From contig OX597826.1 of the NCBI GenBank assembly GCA_951406725.2, forward strand, positions 70,928,001-70,992,000: a DNA stretch of 64,000 nt, given 5' to 3'. Origin of the DNA: Octopus vulgaris (Eukaryota). Position numbers and translations under genes: made by a program. Below are positions 44,784-57,694 of the stretch, one piece after another (the first letter of the stretch is position 1; each line of letters opens with the position of its first letter). The notes under the pieces were generated by a model. The model worked only from the letters and a program-made list of their open reading frames with translations. It was not told where the DNA came from and searched no databases.

Positions 44784-45963
44784 TGTCTTTGCTGTATTTC
44801 ATCATTTGAATTCTTCCTCTGAAGAAGCTGGTTTCTAAAAAGACAGAAAGTTCCGTCTTGAAATGTAGATAACGAAAACAAAGTATGTGTGTGTGTGTGT
44901 GTGTGTGTGTGATGGACAGCGAATAGGCTGCATTGATAGAGCCTCAGATAAAGTACTAAATAGTGTTCGTTCCGTCTCTCCCCCTCTGAGTTCAAATCGA
45001 AATGAGATCAATACTGCCTTCTTTTCTAACAAGGTCGATAAATGAATCATAGGTTCGGTACTAATTTTATTAGTATACTAATATAACTGAAATCCAATAT
45101 AACAAAATGTGTGCACTTTAACTGAGAAAATGATCCTCTTAAAGCACAGCAAAATATTATAGCATTTGTATACACACACGCGCATTCATTCATAAGCGCG
45201 CACATGCGCAATACGTGCTTGCGCATGTGTACAGGTAGACTTTTAAATAAACAAGAAACGACGTATATATCATGCTAAAATAAACGTACATATTAATAAA
45301 AATAGTGATTTAAAACATCTAGAAGAGAGATAGGTTGGATAACGAAATATATATATATATTTTGACATTTCTTCATTGCGAATATTTCAAGTTTTCTATA
45401 GGCGCTCTTAGATCAAGTCGCCTGCCAAGCAAATAGAACTCTGAAATAGTTTTAACAAATACTAAATTATTTATATGTTTATTCCAATTCTAATTGGTTA
45501 GTTGCTGAGATAATATCTGCAGCTGTTAACAGTGCTTACTATTTGATATTTCATTATCTATAATTGTCATCTCTGTAAATCATAGGTTTCGCTTTCTACT
45601 TTAAATAGTACGTACGAATTATTCTGTCACAATAATACCATACTACACCTGTTAGTACCTCATTCATACAGTGCAAATGACAGGGAACATAAAATATAAA
45701 CTGTGTCTATGCGTATTGTGGGCGAGTTATGAGCACAACTGGCTCAATGTGGGTGTATATAAGTTTTATCTTTTAGTCGGGAAACAGGTCATTACCTTTT
45801 GAACAGCCTTCTAATAGTACAGAGTCTCAAGATTTATGGAAAGGAAGTGGGGAAGAAGATAACTTTAAACCGGAGACTTTTGTTATACCCGAATGCTTAC
45901 AAGAGAATGAAATCTACTAGAGGCATTCAAGAGTCAGGTATAGGTATTAAACCGGGCGATTGT

Positions 45964-46212
45964 TGTTTGTTCCTTCTCGAACCACGCCTGGCTCATAAGG
46001 GCCGGTTTCCCGGTTTCTTGACGTATAGGTCCCCCACCTGGACGGGACGCCGGTCCGTCGCAGGTGAGCTGCAAGATGCAGGAGGAAAGAGTGAGAGAAA
46101 GTCGTGGCGAAAGAGTCAGCAGAAGTTTCGCCATTACCTTCTGCCGGAGCTGCGTGGAGCTTAGGTGTTTCGCTCATAAACACACACATCGCCCGGTCTG
46201 AGATTCGAACCC
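45964..46212 (-). mobile_element. SINE B2, 5' truncated at the B box
   Basis: Near-identical to 40820-41065. Confidence 0.9.
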
Positions 46213-46220
46213 TCTAATTA

Positions 46221-46259
<39 letters not shown>

Positions 46260-47165
46260 ATACATAGATAGACAGACAGACAGATAGAGAGAATGATATA
46301 GATATTGTAAAGATATTGATATAGATATTTAGTTTTGACGAATAACAGTTACTGAGAGAAAAATCGCTTTATTCGGCCACAAAAATTCAATTCCACAATA
46401 CGCTGGACAAGTTTAATATTTCCGTATTTATTGCAAATGACAGGCTGGCAGCCTTCAGCTAAATTATACCATAGTGCTCCTGGACAGTCGCAATAATGAA
46501 TTTTTAGTATTCACCGGTGCTTGAAAAAAATTTGGTCTCTTCTGTGCTTCCTGTTTCTTGTTGAACGACGAGGAATTTCAAGTGAATAAGAAGTGGTTTT
46601 CTATTTAATAATCTGATCAGCACTTCATTGCTTCCCTCATATGCTTGCTGAACCTGTCGTCCATGGAAGAACCATAGCTAGGGCTGGATTTTTCAACACA
46701 TCCACATCGTGGTAAGCACCAATAATACTCATTTCAGTAGGATCAGTGTGTTGTCGATTTCCTCTTGTTCTATCTTCCAAATGGATTATGCCTTAGACTG
46801 AGGCGGTGTCAGTTCTGCCATTAGGGTATTTGATACGAACCCATTGGTGGTAGATTAACATAATCGATCTTTGTTTCATATTTGTTACTATGGCTAAACC
46901 ATCTTAGCAAAATTTCTCCAAGTCAACCAGTTAATCAGGTAAAATCTATTTTGTTGATGAGCGGCATTAAAAGTTAATTAGCTGTACTTCTCTTAAAAGC
47001 TTCCTTAATATTACGTTAAGTGTCTACTCACTTCAGTTTCGATATAAATTTCTCAACAAGTCTTTGTCAAAAATGATGGACATAGATTTTGAAACTGATG
47101 GATTTCTAATATAATCTCTAATATTATTCTCTTAATATACGTCAATAGTACGCTTGGCAAATATA

Positions 47166-47685
47166 CACTGGCGAAAATAAATTTAAGACCGATGGTAAAC
47201 TATTTTGTTTACTAACACCATACAAATTATTTTTGTCTTTTGCACCTTATGCAGAATGTATTTCTCTTTCTCTTTCTAAAACAATTATTCGATTATAACA
47301 ACGAAATATGGCAAAACATTCCCATAGAATTTTCTAATCACTTAGCGAATTCAATATCGAGGGGTTGTTCAGCCGTTATTACGGCACAAAGTACTAATAT
47401 GTATTTCGTTCTTGTGGCTCATTTTTACGATAATCTTAAGGTTTAAATAAAATTGTAATGATACTTTCTTAAACTAATTTTGCCGGTAAATTTGAAACGT
47501 TTATATTAATTTAGCATTAGAATTCTTCAAGTTGTATAAAAATAGTTATTGTCTGCATTATTCGAAAGAGAAAGAAATTCTGCATAAGGTATAAAAGACA
47601 AAAATAATTTGTATGGTGTTAGTAACAAAATATTTTGTAAGAAATTGAACTTTTATCACCGGTCTTAAATTTATTTTCGCCAGTG
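47166..47685. mobile_element. Tc1/mariner-type MITE with long TIRs
   Basis: TA|CACTGGCGAAAATAAATTTAAGACCG ... CGGTCTTAAATTTATTTTCGCCAGTG|TA. Inverted similarity continues for over 100 bp (ACTAACACCATACAAATTATTTTTGTCTTTT). Confidence 0.9.
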
Positions 47686-48019
47686 TATATCCAAACCGCA
47701 AACTTACGACCACCAGACATAGCTTGTCTTACATCAGAATTTTTATAATTACTGAATGTAGTTAAAATTTGGAATGCGTTCATAATAGTGCATTGGAAGA
47801 ACCATTAACATGAACTTAATTTTTAAACAAATTCTTCAATGCTTTCTGAAAAGGTTCAAAATAATTTTACGATTAAACTTGTAAGGTATATAGGAGTCAA
47901 TTACTTAACTTTTTTTCTTTTTTGAAATTCCCATACAAGCTTTGACGATTTATTCTATGTTTGTATGCGTGTGTACATACCTGTATGCGTCTACGTATTT
48001 ATGTATGTATGTATGTATG

Positions 48020-48050
<31 letters not shown>

Positions 48051-48699
48051 GAATGTATGTATCTAGGTAGGCGTATATGTTTTAAAATATCTAGGTGTAG
48101 TCATTATATTTAGAAAACAATGCTTTAATTTAAAAGTTAATAATCACATAATTTTTTCTTTTTTCTTTTGAAAACCAATTAATATAGGAAAACTATGTCT
48201 GACAAAATCTGCTGCTTTAAAGAATTTCATATAATTACTATCTTTTAATTAAAAATGATTAATTACACAAAAAATTTTGAAAGCTGATTAATGAAAAAAA
48301 TTCTAACCTAATAGAAGGCTGTGCTAATCGTAAGTCTTAAAAGATGTTTTTTTTTATATCTAAATAAATCATGTTTTTTTTTAATAATCTTTTCTAACAC
48401 ATACATATATCTGTGTGGAGTTGCGTGTGTGTGTGGGGGGGTGATTTTCTTTCTATGATGTACAGAACCTAATAGTATACAACAGAACCTGTTATAGAAA
48501 TGGACCAGCAAAGCCGGTTTCACTCATTAGCGATTATGGCGATATTCATTAAAGCTGAGTCGATTGGAGCGACGTGAAATGAAGGGCTTTACTTAACGTC
48601 ACTACGCGTCACAGACTTCAGGATCTGAACTCACGACCTTATGTTCACGATCAGAACACTCCTACTATCGAGTGAGGTTGTTCATGTTTATTAGTGGGT

Positions 48700-48834
48700 A
48701 AATTGGGATTTTATTCTCGAATGATACTTCAATCACAGAACAACAGACTAAACACGCCAGTGGATACTTGTATAGATATTATACATCTATATATTATATA
48801 TTATACACAATACATACATACATACATACATACA

Positions 48835-48906
<72 letters not shown>

Positions 48907-49019
48907 CCTGCTCGCTTAGCCAGCGGGTGGCGTCGTCCGAAGGCAAAAACAATGCGAACGCATTGTGACCAACGATGTATAGCAACATCTGATGGTCTGG
49001 TCGGTTAAGTGATCACGTG

Positions 49020-49051
<32 letters not shown>

Positions 49052-49150
49052 ATTGTGTATAATAAATAATATATAGATGTATAATATCCACTGGCGTGTT
49101 TAGTCTGATGTTCTGTGATTGAAGTATCTTTTGAGAATAAAATCGCAATT

Positions 49151-49152
<2 letters not shown>
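48700..49152. repeat. Inverted repeat with ~105-115 bp arms enclosing microsatellites and a SINE 3' fragment (48903-49020)
   Basis: TACTTCAATCACAGAACA.CAGACTAAACACGCCAGTGGATA at ~48725-48767 is inverted at ~49085-49127. Confidence 0.85.
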
Positions 49153-49194
<42 letters not shown>

Positions 49195-49199
<5 letters not shown>

Positions 49200-49350
49200 A
49201 GAGGGCATTATTACACATAAATGCCTCACACTAGGAGGGACAAAGTCATTACTACCAAAATTTGGTAGTAATTTTGGTAGTAAATTTTGGTAGTAATGAC
49301 TTTGTCCCTCCTAGTGTGAGGCATTTATGTGTAATAATGCCCTCTATACA
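49195..49350. repeat. Near-perfect palindrome with ~69-bp arms (fold-back/MITE)
   Basis: TGTATAGAGGGCATTATTACACATAAATGCCTCACACTAGGAGGGACAAAGTCATTACTACCAAAATTT and its exact reverse complement. Centre holds tandem TTTGGTAGTAA. Confidence 0.95.
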
Positions 49351-49499
49351 ATATAGATATAATTCATTTGTTCAAAAGAAAAAAATTATTTTCGGATTTT
49401 TTTCTTTTATGAGGTTTTCACGCTAGCTACCCGATAATTTCTTGTTAAGATCCCTTATTAAGAGATTATCCTTAATTGTTAAACTTATATATATATATA

Positions 49500-49778
49500 T
49501 ATATATATATACATTCCGTTCTGTCTGTCTGTCATTTGTGCGCTTATAACGCGAATATTGTTCATCCGATCGCGCTGAAATTTGAAACATGGATACATGA
49601 GAGAGCAGGGCGTTCCGTAATCTAAAAAGATTTTCAAAATTGTCAGTTTCAAAGTGAGAATCGCTATTTTTGTAATCCTTATGGCCTGTCCATCGGATGA
49701 ATAAAACTTCCATAATACCGTCCAAGTTAACCCTCTTCACCTATACAAATCGTCAAATGGGCGAGGGGTGTTTGCTAA
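49500..49778 (+). mobile_element. Non-autonomous Helitron
   Basis: 5' TCCGTTCTGTCTGT is shared with 61250-61265(-), plus the CCGATCGCGCTGAAATTTG motif. Ends GGGCGAGGGGTGTTTGCTAA|T. Confidence 0.6.
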
Positions 49779-49814
49779 TATATATATATATTATACGTTA
49801 TACTATATATGATA

Positions 49815-50120
49815 CATATGGCTGTTTGGCTTTATGCTCTTGCATGATGGGACTGGGATCCTTCCAGGTTAATGGTCCCAGAGATGTCATCATGCGTAAA
49901 CCCAACCAGGTCCACCACAGCTCTCTATCGCTGATGGTCCCGTGCCAACCTCCTTACCTCTTCCAAGGTGACGTCGAGCCTCTTGGAAATCTTCCCCCAT
50001 CACGTCCAACCATCTAGTGGGGCGCCTGCTACTAGGCCCCTTGCAGCCTGCGGCTGGTACGACGAATGAGAGTAAAGCCCTAGTAGGATGATCTAGCGAG
50101 AGAGGGAGGGCATGTCCGAG
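49815..50120 (-). mobile_element. 3' end of an RTE-clade LINE
   Basis: GHALPLSLDHPTRALL..RRPTRWLDVMGEDF (frameshift) LEEVRRLARDHQR*RAVV, the typical RTE C-terminus, followed by a short 3' UTR. Confidence 0.75.
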
Positions 50121-50953
50121 AAAGAGAGAGAGTGTGGATGTGTGCGTATATATGTGTCTGCGCACGCGCGTGTGTTTGTACGTGAATTATGGAATAACAT
50201 TTTTCTACGAAAATTGGTCTGGATAGTCTTAATTATAAGCCATTACGATTCTGCCAAAATCTCAGTTTTCTCATTTTTGCCCCACTCTTTTTCTACACAT
50301 TGTAAGATTTTTAACATTTTTTTAATAACATATTTTAAGACTTCCAGCGATTACAATCTAGAATTTGTGATTTTTTTTTCTTATTTTCTTAATTTCAATA
50401 TTTTAAATTTCCGTCACGCCCTTCTCCGTTTTTCATTATTCACAATAGAAATAATGAAAGTAATTTATATTCAATAATGGAAGAATTAACATGGTAATCT
50501 TACGTTTCATTTATAAGTATATATATATATATATACACATACACACACATATATATATATAGATGGAGAGAGAGGAAGAGAGGGAGGGAGGGTTGTGAGA
50601 GCGTGGTAGAGAGAGGGGAGATACACAGGTGTATATATAAAAAATATATATATATATTGTATGTGTGTGGGTGGGCATATTTATGTATATATCTATATAT
50701 CTATATATGTGTGTGTGTGTGTGTATAATGATATTTTTTATTTTAGTTTAGTTTATCTAGTTTCAGCTCACGAGCTGTGGCCATGCTGGGGCACCGCCAT
50801 TTGATATATATATATATATATATATTGATATATATTGATATATATGTACTATATGTGCGTGAGCGCGAGTGTATGCGTATCTGTGTGTGTAAGTATATGT
50901 GCGTGTGCGAGCACAGTGTGTGTACGTGGGCGTAAGCGTGTGTATCTGTGCAC

Positions 50954-50984
<31 letters not shown>

Positions 50985-51297
50985 CATGTTTGTGTGCGTG
51001 CGTGTTTCTGTGTGTGTGCGTGTGTGTGTGCGTGCGTGTGTGTGCGGGAATTTAAGATTCATTAAAAGGAACCTTTGAACATGAAATATTCAGAATCTGT
51101 GACAACAAAAAGATTTTTGCTCTTTTTCGCTTTTTATTTATTCTTATTACTATTTTCTTTTATTGTTGTTGTGCATTACAAATAATGAATGCAATTTGTA
51201 TTCAATAATGAGAGCAGTGGAATCTCAATTTTTCACAGATAATACGTAGATAGGAAGGAGTCGGTCGAGATCATATTTCCCAATCTTTCTCTTTCTT

Positions 51298-51342
<45 letters not shown>

Positions 51343-51398
51343 CTCTTCTCAATCTCTGTGCACACATATCCACGTGTAAACGTATATATATATATATA

Positions 51399-51435
<37 letters not shown>

Positions 51436-51523
51436 GCATATATGTATGTATTTATGTATGCATGTATGTATATATATCTGATATATGCTGTATATTTATA
51501 ATCCTATGCATATATATACATAC

Positions 51524-51564
<41 letters not shown>

Positions 51565-51569
51565 ACATA

Positions 51570-51653
<84 letters not shown>

Positions 51654-51679
51654 GTATATATATATGTCTATATATATAT

Positions 51680-51717
<38 letters not shown>

Positions 51718-51806
51718 ATCATCATCATCATCATTATCTTCACAAAAAGCAAGGCAAGATAATTTCACGATCAAAAGTTCAGAGATTTAGAATGAGTTCA
51801 ATTTAC

Positions 51807-51847
51807 GAAGTTTGGGACATTAATGACATTATCCTTCTTAGAATCGT
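51807..51847 (-). other. Candidate short minus-strand exon
   Basis: Long polypyrimidine tract ending GATTTACAG|ACG; donor TTC|GTAAAT. Confidence 0.25.
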
Positions 51848-52253
51848 CTGTAAATCGGTCGATTTGGAAAGAAAATGAGGAAAGAGGAGAAAGAAAAAGA
51901 AAACCAATAAAAATATTATAAAATTTACATAAAACAAAAAAACTGAACTAAGAGGAATAATTCATATTGGCCACGAGCGTGAATTTAAAAATATCAAAAT
52001 GAAAAATATAATTAATGCTATATTGGAAAAAAATGTGTTAATTATTAAAAGATTTCTTGCTTTTCGTGAAAACGTAAACAAGCACCTGGTGGCAATTGTG
52101 ACCTACTCAGAAATATGAAGGGGAGACAATCTCAAGAATGAACCATTCTCCGGAATTTCACCTGCCATTAAAAAAAAAGGCTGTCGTATTCATATTTATT
52201 TGGTTTGGTAGAAAGGTAGAGAAAAGAGGACAGCTGTGGACCAGTGCATTTAC

Positions 52254-52358
52254 CTCAAAGCAAACTGATTCGCGTCGTCTAATTACAATCAATTAGTGGT
52301 AGACGAAAGATTTCTCAAGCATAAGAGTCTAGTCACTTCGTTAATGACATTTTCAATT
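52254..52358 (-). other. Candidate non-coding (or poison) minus-strand exon
   Basis: Acceptor TTATTTATTTTTCTCTCTCGCAG|AAT and donor GAG|GTAAAT. 105 nt, with stops in all three frames. Confidence 0.35.
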
Positions 52359-52464
52359 CTGCGAGAGAGAAAAATAAATAACTCTCAACTAAAAATATGC
52401 ATACCAGTATACACAAATCTACATGCGTATGTGTGTATATTTATAAATTAATAGCAATTGCAAC

Positions 52465-52523
<59 letters not shown>

Positions 52524-52542
52524 CAGCAGTAGTAGCAGCAGA

Positions 52543-52618
<76 letters not shown>

Positions 52619-52621
52619 ACG

Positions 52622-54140
52622 TATCAAACATCGTGCACCTGTACAAGAACAATGTGACAACCACAGAGACATCTCATTGCTGAGCATCGCAGGAAAGATC
52701 ATGGCCCGTGATATTCTGAACCGCATCACACACCACCTGCTGGACGACGTGGTCTCAGAGAGCCAGTGTGGATTTAGGAACAACAGGGAGACATTAGACA
52801 TGGTCTTTGCAGTACGGAAAATACAAGAGAAATGCCGATGAACAAAGCCAGAACCTCTACATCCTCTTCGTGGACCTGATGAAAGCTTTTGACACTGTCA
52901 GCTGAGAGGGCCTTTGGGATATCTTGTCCAAGCTAGGCTGCCCACCGAAGCTCGTCAGGATCATCCAGTCATTTCATGATGGCTTGATGGCTCGCATCGT
53001 GGAAAACGGAGATGTCTCTGATCCATTCCCGGTCTCCAATGGCATGAAGCAAGGCTGCGTGATGGCACCCACACTCTTCAGCCTCATGTTTGCCACCATG
53101 CTCTTCCGCGCCCTGTCAAAGTTTGACGCTGGTGTTATTATTCGCTACAGATGTGACGGCCGATTCTTGGACCTCAGACGTTTGAAGGCCAAAACCAAAG
53201 TCCTGTTTGCAGACGATTGTGCGTTTGCAGCATTGAATGAACCAGACCTGCAAGAACTTGCCACTTGTCTCGCAGAAGCAGCAAAATCCTTCGGACTGAC
53301 CATTAGCCTGCGAAAAATGGAAGTGATGTTTCAGCCCGCACCTGTCCTGACACCTCCTGAGTCTCAAATTGGGATTGAGGGCACAACTCTGAACAACGTG
53401 GAGAGACTTAAATACCTGGGAAGCTGCCTGTCTTCAAACTGCAGAGTGGACAAAGATGTCTCCATGAGGCTTGCAAAAGCAGTAGCTTCGTTTGGCAGAC
53501 TTTGGACATGTGTGTGGGCCAAATGAGGCATCAGACTTTCCACCAAGCCGGCAGTCTATAGGACAGTCGTCATCACTTCTCTGCTCTACGGCCGTGGGAC
53601 GTGGACGCTGTATAGGAGGAAAATGAGAGCACTTGAACAGTTCCACCTCCGCTGCTTGCGACGAATCATGGGAATTTCCTGGGAGGACAGAGTCTCCAAC
53701 ACTGAAGTGGTTCGCAGAGCCGAAATACCCGGGATCGAAGTCCTCATCATGAAGGCTCAGCTCCGAATGGACAACCAGGTCTACCAAAGATGTTCTTCTT
53801 CTCTGAGCTGGCTTCTGGAGCAAGAAACCCTGGAAGGCCACTGAGGCGATACAAGGACAGCCTGAAAGCTTCCCTTGAGGCCTGCGGCATTTCAGCCCGT
53901 AGCTGGGCATCGCTTGCCTCTGACCGCAGCGCCTGTCTTCCAGGTGTCCAAAAGGGTGTTAGGCTGTTCGAGAAAAAGCGCTTCAAGAAGCGACAAGCCC
54001 GAAAAGAGAGGATCCCCAACTCTACTTCTGCTGTTACGTGCCCAACATGTGGCCGCATCTGCGCGTCCGCCTTTGGGATCTGCTCCCAGCTCCAGCGTCA
54101 CTGACGTCATTGTCGAACCCCTACAGACTTCCATTATTAT
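52622..54140 (+). mobile_element. 5'-truncated RTE/BovB-like LINE, pseudogenised reverse transcriptase
   Basis: IVHLYKN, HRDISLLSIAGKIMAR, ESQCGFR, FVDLMKAFDTVS, GMKQGCVMAPTLF, LFADD, KYLGS, FHLRCLRRI, and C-terminal CPTCGRIC..QRH*. Several stops and frameshifts. Confidence 0.95.
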
Positions 54141-54267
54141 ATATGTATGTATGTATGACTCAATTCATATTTATATTTATACGTCTCTATTAATTTGTCT
54201 ATCTTTCTTTCTAGCTTTATATACACCAGAGTACTTAACAGTCTGTCAATATAGCTATTTATGTGCG

Positions 54268-55410
54268 TAGCGGTATTTCGTCTGTCTTTATGTTCTGAGT
54301 TCAAATTCCGCCGAGTTCAAAATTGGGGTCGATAAATTAAGTACCAGTTTCGTACTGGGGTGGATCTAATCGACTGGCCTCCTCCACAAAAATTTGGGGC
54401 CTTTTACCTAGAGTAGAAAAGAATATATCCATTTATGTTCCATTTTTCTAGAACTCTTTTTCATGTAAACTTAAAGAATTGACCCCAGAATAGTTGAATT
54501 GATCCATGTAAGCGATGATGTGGTCTAACTCTCCGCTAGCGTTACCTAACTAACCGTTGATATGAACTAAGCCGTAGTGTAACTTGGCAAAGCAATAAAG
54601 CAAAGAAACTAATCCGAAATGAGACGTAACTAAAATGTCGCTTAATTAATTAATTGCAATTAATTAATAACATATAACTATAAAACAATGTGATGCAACC
54701 AATCGATAATTTAGACGATATAATAAGACGACCGAGTTAATTATGTGAATTAACTCATTGTGTTTCATAGCAAGAGGGATGTAGGCTTGTCTGGGAGACG
54801 TATGAAGATCGAAAAGTCGGTGGAGAAATTGTTCAATAAAATTTAAATGATTTTAAACATTTTTAAGCTTGTCAAATGTCATGGTGAAGAAAGAAGGATT
54901 ATCTGAATGTAAACTCAATTTTGTTTTCTCATTAATAAACTTGGTGGGGGTTGGCAAAAACCTTGACTAATATTTGAGTGCAAGAAGGCAGCGAGCTGGC
55001 AGAATCGTTAGCACGCCGGGCGAAATGCTTAGCAGTATTTCGTCTGGTGTTTCGTTCTGAGTTCAAATTCCGCCGAGGTCGACTTTGCCTTTCATCCTAT
55101 CGGGGTCGATTAAATAAGTACCAGTTACGCACTAGGGTCGATATAATCGACTTAATCCGTTTGTCTGCCCTTGTTTGTCCCCTCTGTGTTTAGCCCCCTG
55201 TGTGCAATAAAGAAATAAAAATCGTTACTGCGCCGAATCGAGCTGGCAGAATCGTTAGCGCGCCGGGAAAAACTCTTAGAGGCATTCCGTCCGTCTGGGT
55301 TCAAATGCCGCCGAGGTCGTCTTTGCCTGTCATCATGTCGTAGGTCGGTAAAATAAGTACCAGTTGAATCCTGGTGTCGACTTACCCTCTCTCTGAACTT
55401 GCTGGCCGTG
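54268..55410 (+). mobile_element. Three SINE family A copies (54268-54425, 54987-55218, 55237-55410)
   Basis: Head, B box and core motifs. Confidence 0.85.
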
Positions 55411-55630
55411 ATAACTAACCGATGATGAAACCGAACTAGGCGATAAGCTAAATTAACCAAGAAATAAGGTGATATGACTAACCGGTAATAGGACCTTGTT
55501 AGCCCTGAAGATAACTTACCTAAGAATTAAGGTGACATAACTAACCAATAATGGAACCTAACTGCTAAAAAGGCCTCACTAAGCAATAATGTAACTGATC
55601 GACAAGAAATGAACCAAGGGAAATAACCCA
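55408..55630. repeat. Degenerate ~60-bp tandem repeat (about 3 units)
   Basis: GTGAYATRACTAACCRRTAATRGRACC recurs near 55408, 55469 and 55532. Confidence 0.6.
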
Positions 55631-55779
55631 AACGGGCTAATGGCATAAAAATAGATAATTCAGGTAGGTGGTGATTTAGAGAATGGTATAGGCATGAAAT
55701 TTTTAATGAATTAATATTTACCACTTAGTTGGTAATGAAAACAAAAATCTCGCAGAGAACAAAGTTTATATATTTCTGT

Positions 55780-56330
55780 TAAGCAGATGTGGTTGAGTGG
55801 TTTAAAACATTCGCTTTGCAACAATGTGGTTTTGGGTTCAATCCCACCATGGGTAAGCATTTTGTGCTATAGCCTCCTTACTATAACCCGGCTTATGCGT
55901 TGTTAGTGAATTATGTTGACAGAAACTCAAAGAAGCCTGTCGTATATATTTTATGTATGCATTTGTGCGCGTGTGTGTGTGCGCGCGCGAGCGTATCATT
56001 GTGTTTATCTCCTACCTTGTCCCCACTGCTTGACAACCGGTGTTAGATTGTTTACGTCTCTGTAATCTAACCTCTGTAACCATTAGTGGCTGTGTGGTAA
56101 GTAGCTTGCTAACCAGCCACATGGTTCCGGGTTCAGTCCCACTGCGCGGCACCTTGGGCAAGTGTCTTCTACTATAGCGTCGGGCCGACCAAAGCCTTGT
56201 GAGTGGATTTGGTAGACGGAAACTGAAAGAAGCAGTCGTATATATGTATATATATTTATGTGTGTGTGTTTGTCCCCCTACATCGCTTGACAAACGATGC
56301 TGGTGTGTTTACGTCCCCATAACTTAGAGT
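55780..56330 (+). mobile_element. Two family C SINEs (older 55780-56080, younger 56085-56330)
   Basis: TGTGGTAAGTAGCTTGCT..GGTTCAGTCCCACTGCG..CCTTGGGCAAGTGTCTTCT. Confidence 0.85.
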
Positions 56331-56421
56331 TGCTCTAAAGTTAAACAATAGCAACAACAGCAACGAAGCACAACACGCGATCAACGAAGGAGCCTGTAAG
56401 GGGCTGCTTGACCTCCTAGAA

Positions 56422-57694
56422 CGGAGGTTCCCAAATCGTGCGCCGCAAGATGTAATTAGATGCGCCTCGTAAAAGAATGTATTTCAAAATATTAAATATA
56501 CAAACCAAAATTCATTAGAATGTTCATATATAATGGCCAAAGTGCGTAACTGGTACTTATTTAATCGACCCCGAAAGGATGAAAGGCAAGGTCGATCTCG
56601 GTGGAATTTGAACTCAGAACGTAGCGGCAGACGAAATACCGCTAAGCATTTCGCCCGGCATGCTAACGTTTCTGCCATCTCGCCGCCTTAAAAAAAACTA
56701 AATACTAAGTTCTAAACTAAGAATGAGAGGTGGTTGTGTCATTCAGTTCATTTAGGCTAATTATGATATGACAGTGTTATTCAAATTTTGAATCTGAAAT
56801 TTCATAAAGATAAGAACTAAATTAGCATCAATCTATCTTCGAAATTGACGTCTTATGGACATATTCAGTGCACGCCTACGTTCCAGTTTATTTCGGTCGT
56901 AGCCTCGGCACTTTTTATTTTAATTCAAAATGTGAAAAATAAACTATTGGACTAAAATATACGATGTTGAGCTAAAAACGTCCTCACGTATTTCAATTTT
57001 TTCATTCATTTAGTGGCGAGAATTTCCATCTTTTCAATTAATTTTGAAAGACTTCTCAAAAGAGTCCGATAATATGTGACACCCTGCCTCTTTTCACAGC
57101 TCACTGGTCGCTTGTCTGAGTCTCAGTTTCATTCTGTTAGTAATCTGTGCTATTTGTGTGAGACAATTCATATTAACAGACTAAATTACCCATAAAATGG
57201 ATGAGTTTATTAAGAGGAAAAATAACCGTGACGATTATGAATCTGAAAGTTAGCTTTCGTCAAAGGCAACTAAGCGTTGTGATAATAACGCGAAAGCTCG
57301 ACCCAATTGTAAATATTGCAATAGCTATTTAAAGTTTGGGTTTCATTGGACTGGCAACGAGGATCAACCTCTTTCGCTGTGCGTTATTTGTGGTAAAAAG
57401 GATGTCTAACGAAGGCATGTTGCCTAGCAAGTTGAAAATACATTTTACAACTAACGCACTCACATCTTCAATGTAAAGATCTGAATTATTTCCTAAGACT
57501 GCTAGAACAGAAATCTAAACAAATAAAATTTGTCCTATTGGACTTAATAGTTTCTATTATTTACTCTTGATTATTTTGTTATAAAATAAAGGATGAACGC
57601 TTCTGAAAAGTCCCAAGTTATGTACAAAGTGTGCCAAAATATTTTGACTTCTTATAAGGTGCGCCGTGACTAAAAAAACGTTTGGGAACCACTG
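56422..57694 (+). mobile_element. Internally deleted Buster/Charlie-type hAT transposon with a nested SINE A (56540-56690, minus)
   Basis: 8-bp TSD TCCTAGAA at 56414-56421 and 57695-57702. TIRs CGGAGGTTCCCAAA / TTTGGGAACCACTG. BED-finger remnant KYCNSYLKFGF..LCVICG..MSNEGMLPSKLKIHF. Confidence 0.92.

Noticed and set aside
46105-46144. HDV-like ribozyme interpretation of the SINE pseudoknot
   Set aside because: No room for P3/L3 or P4 between the crossed helices; only a simple H-type topology fits.
46370-47130. Possible decayed LINE endonuclease on the minus strand
   Set aside because: Motifs too degenerate to support by eye.
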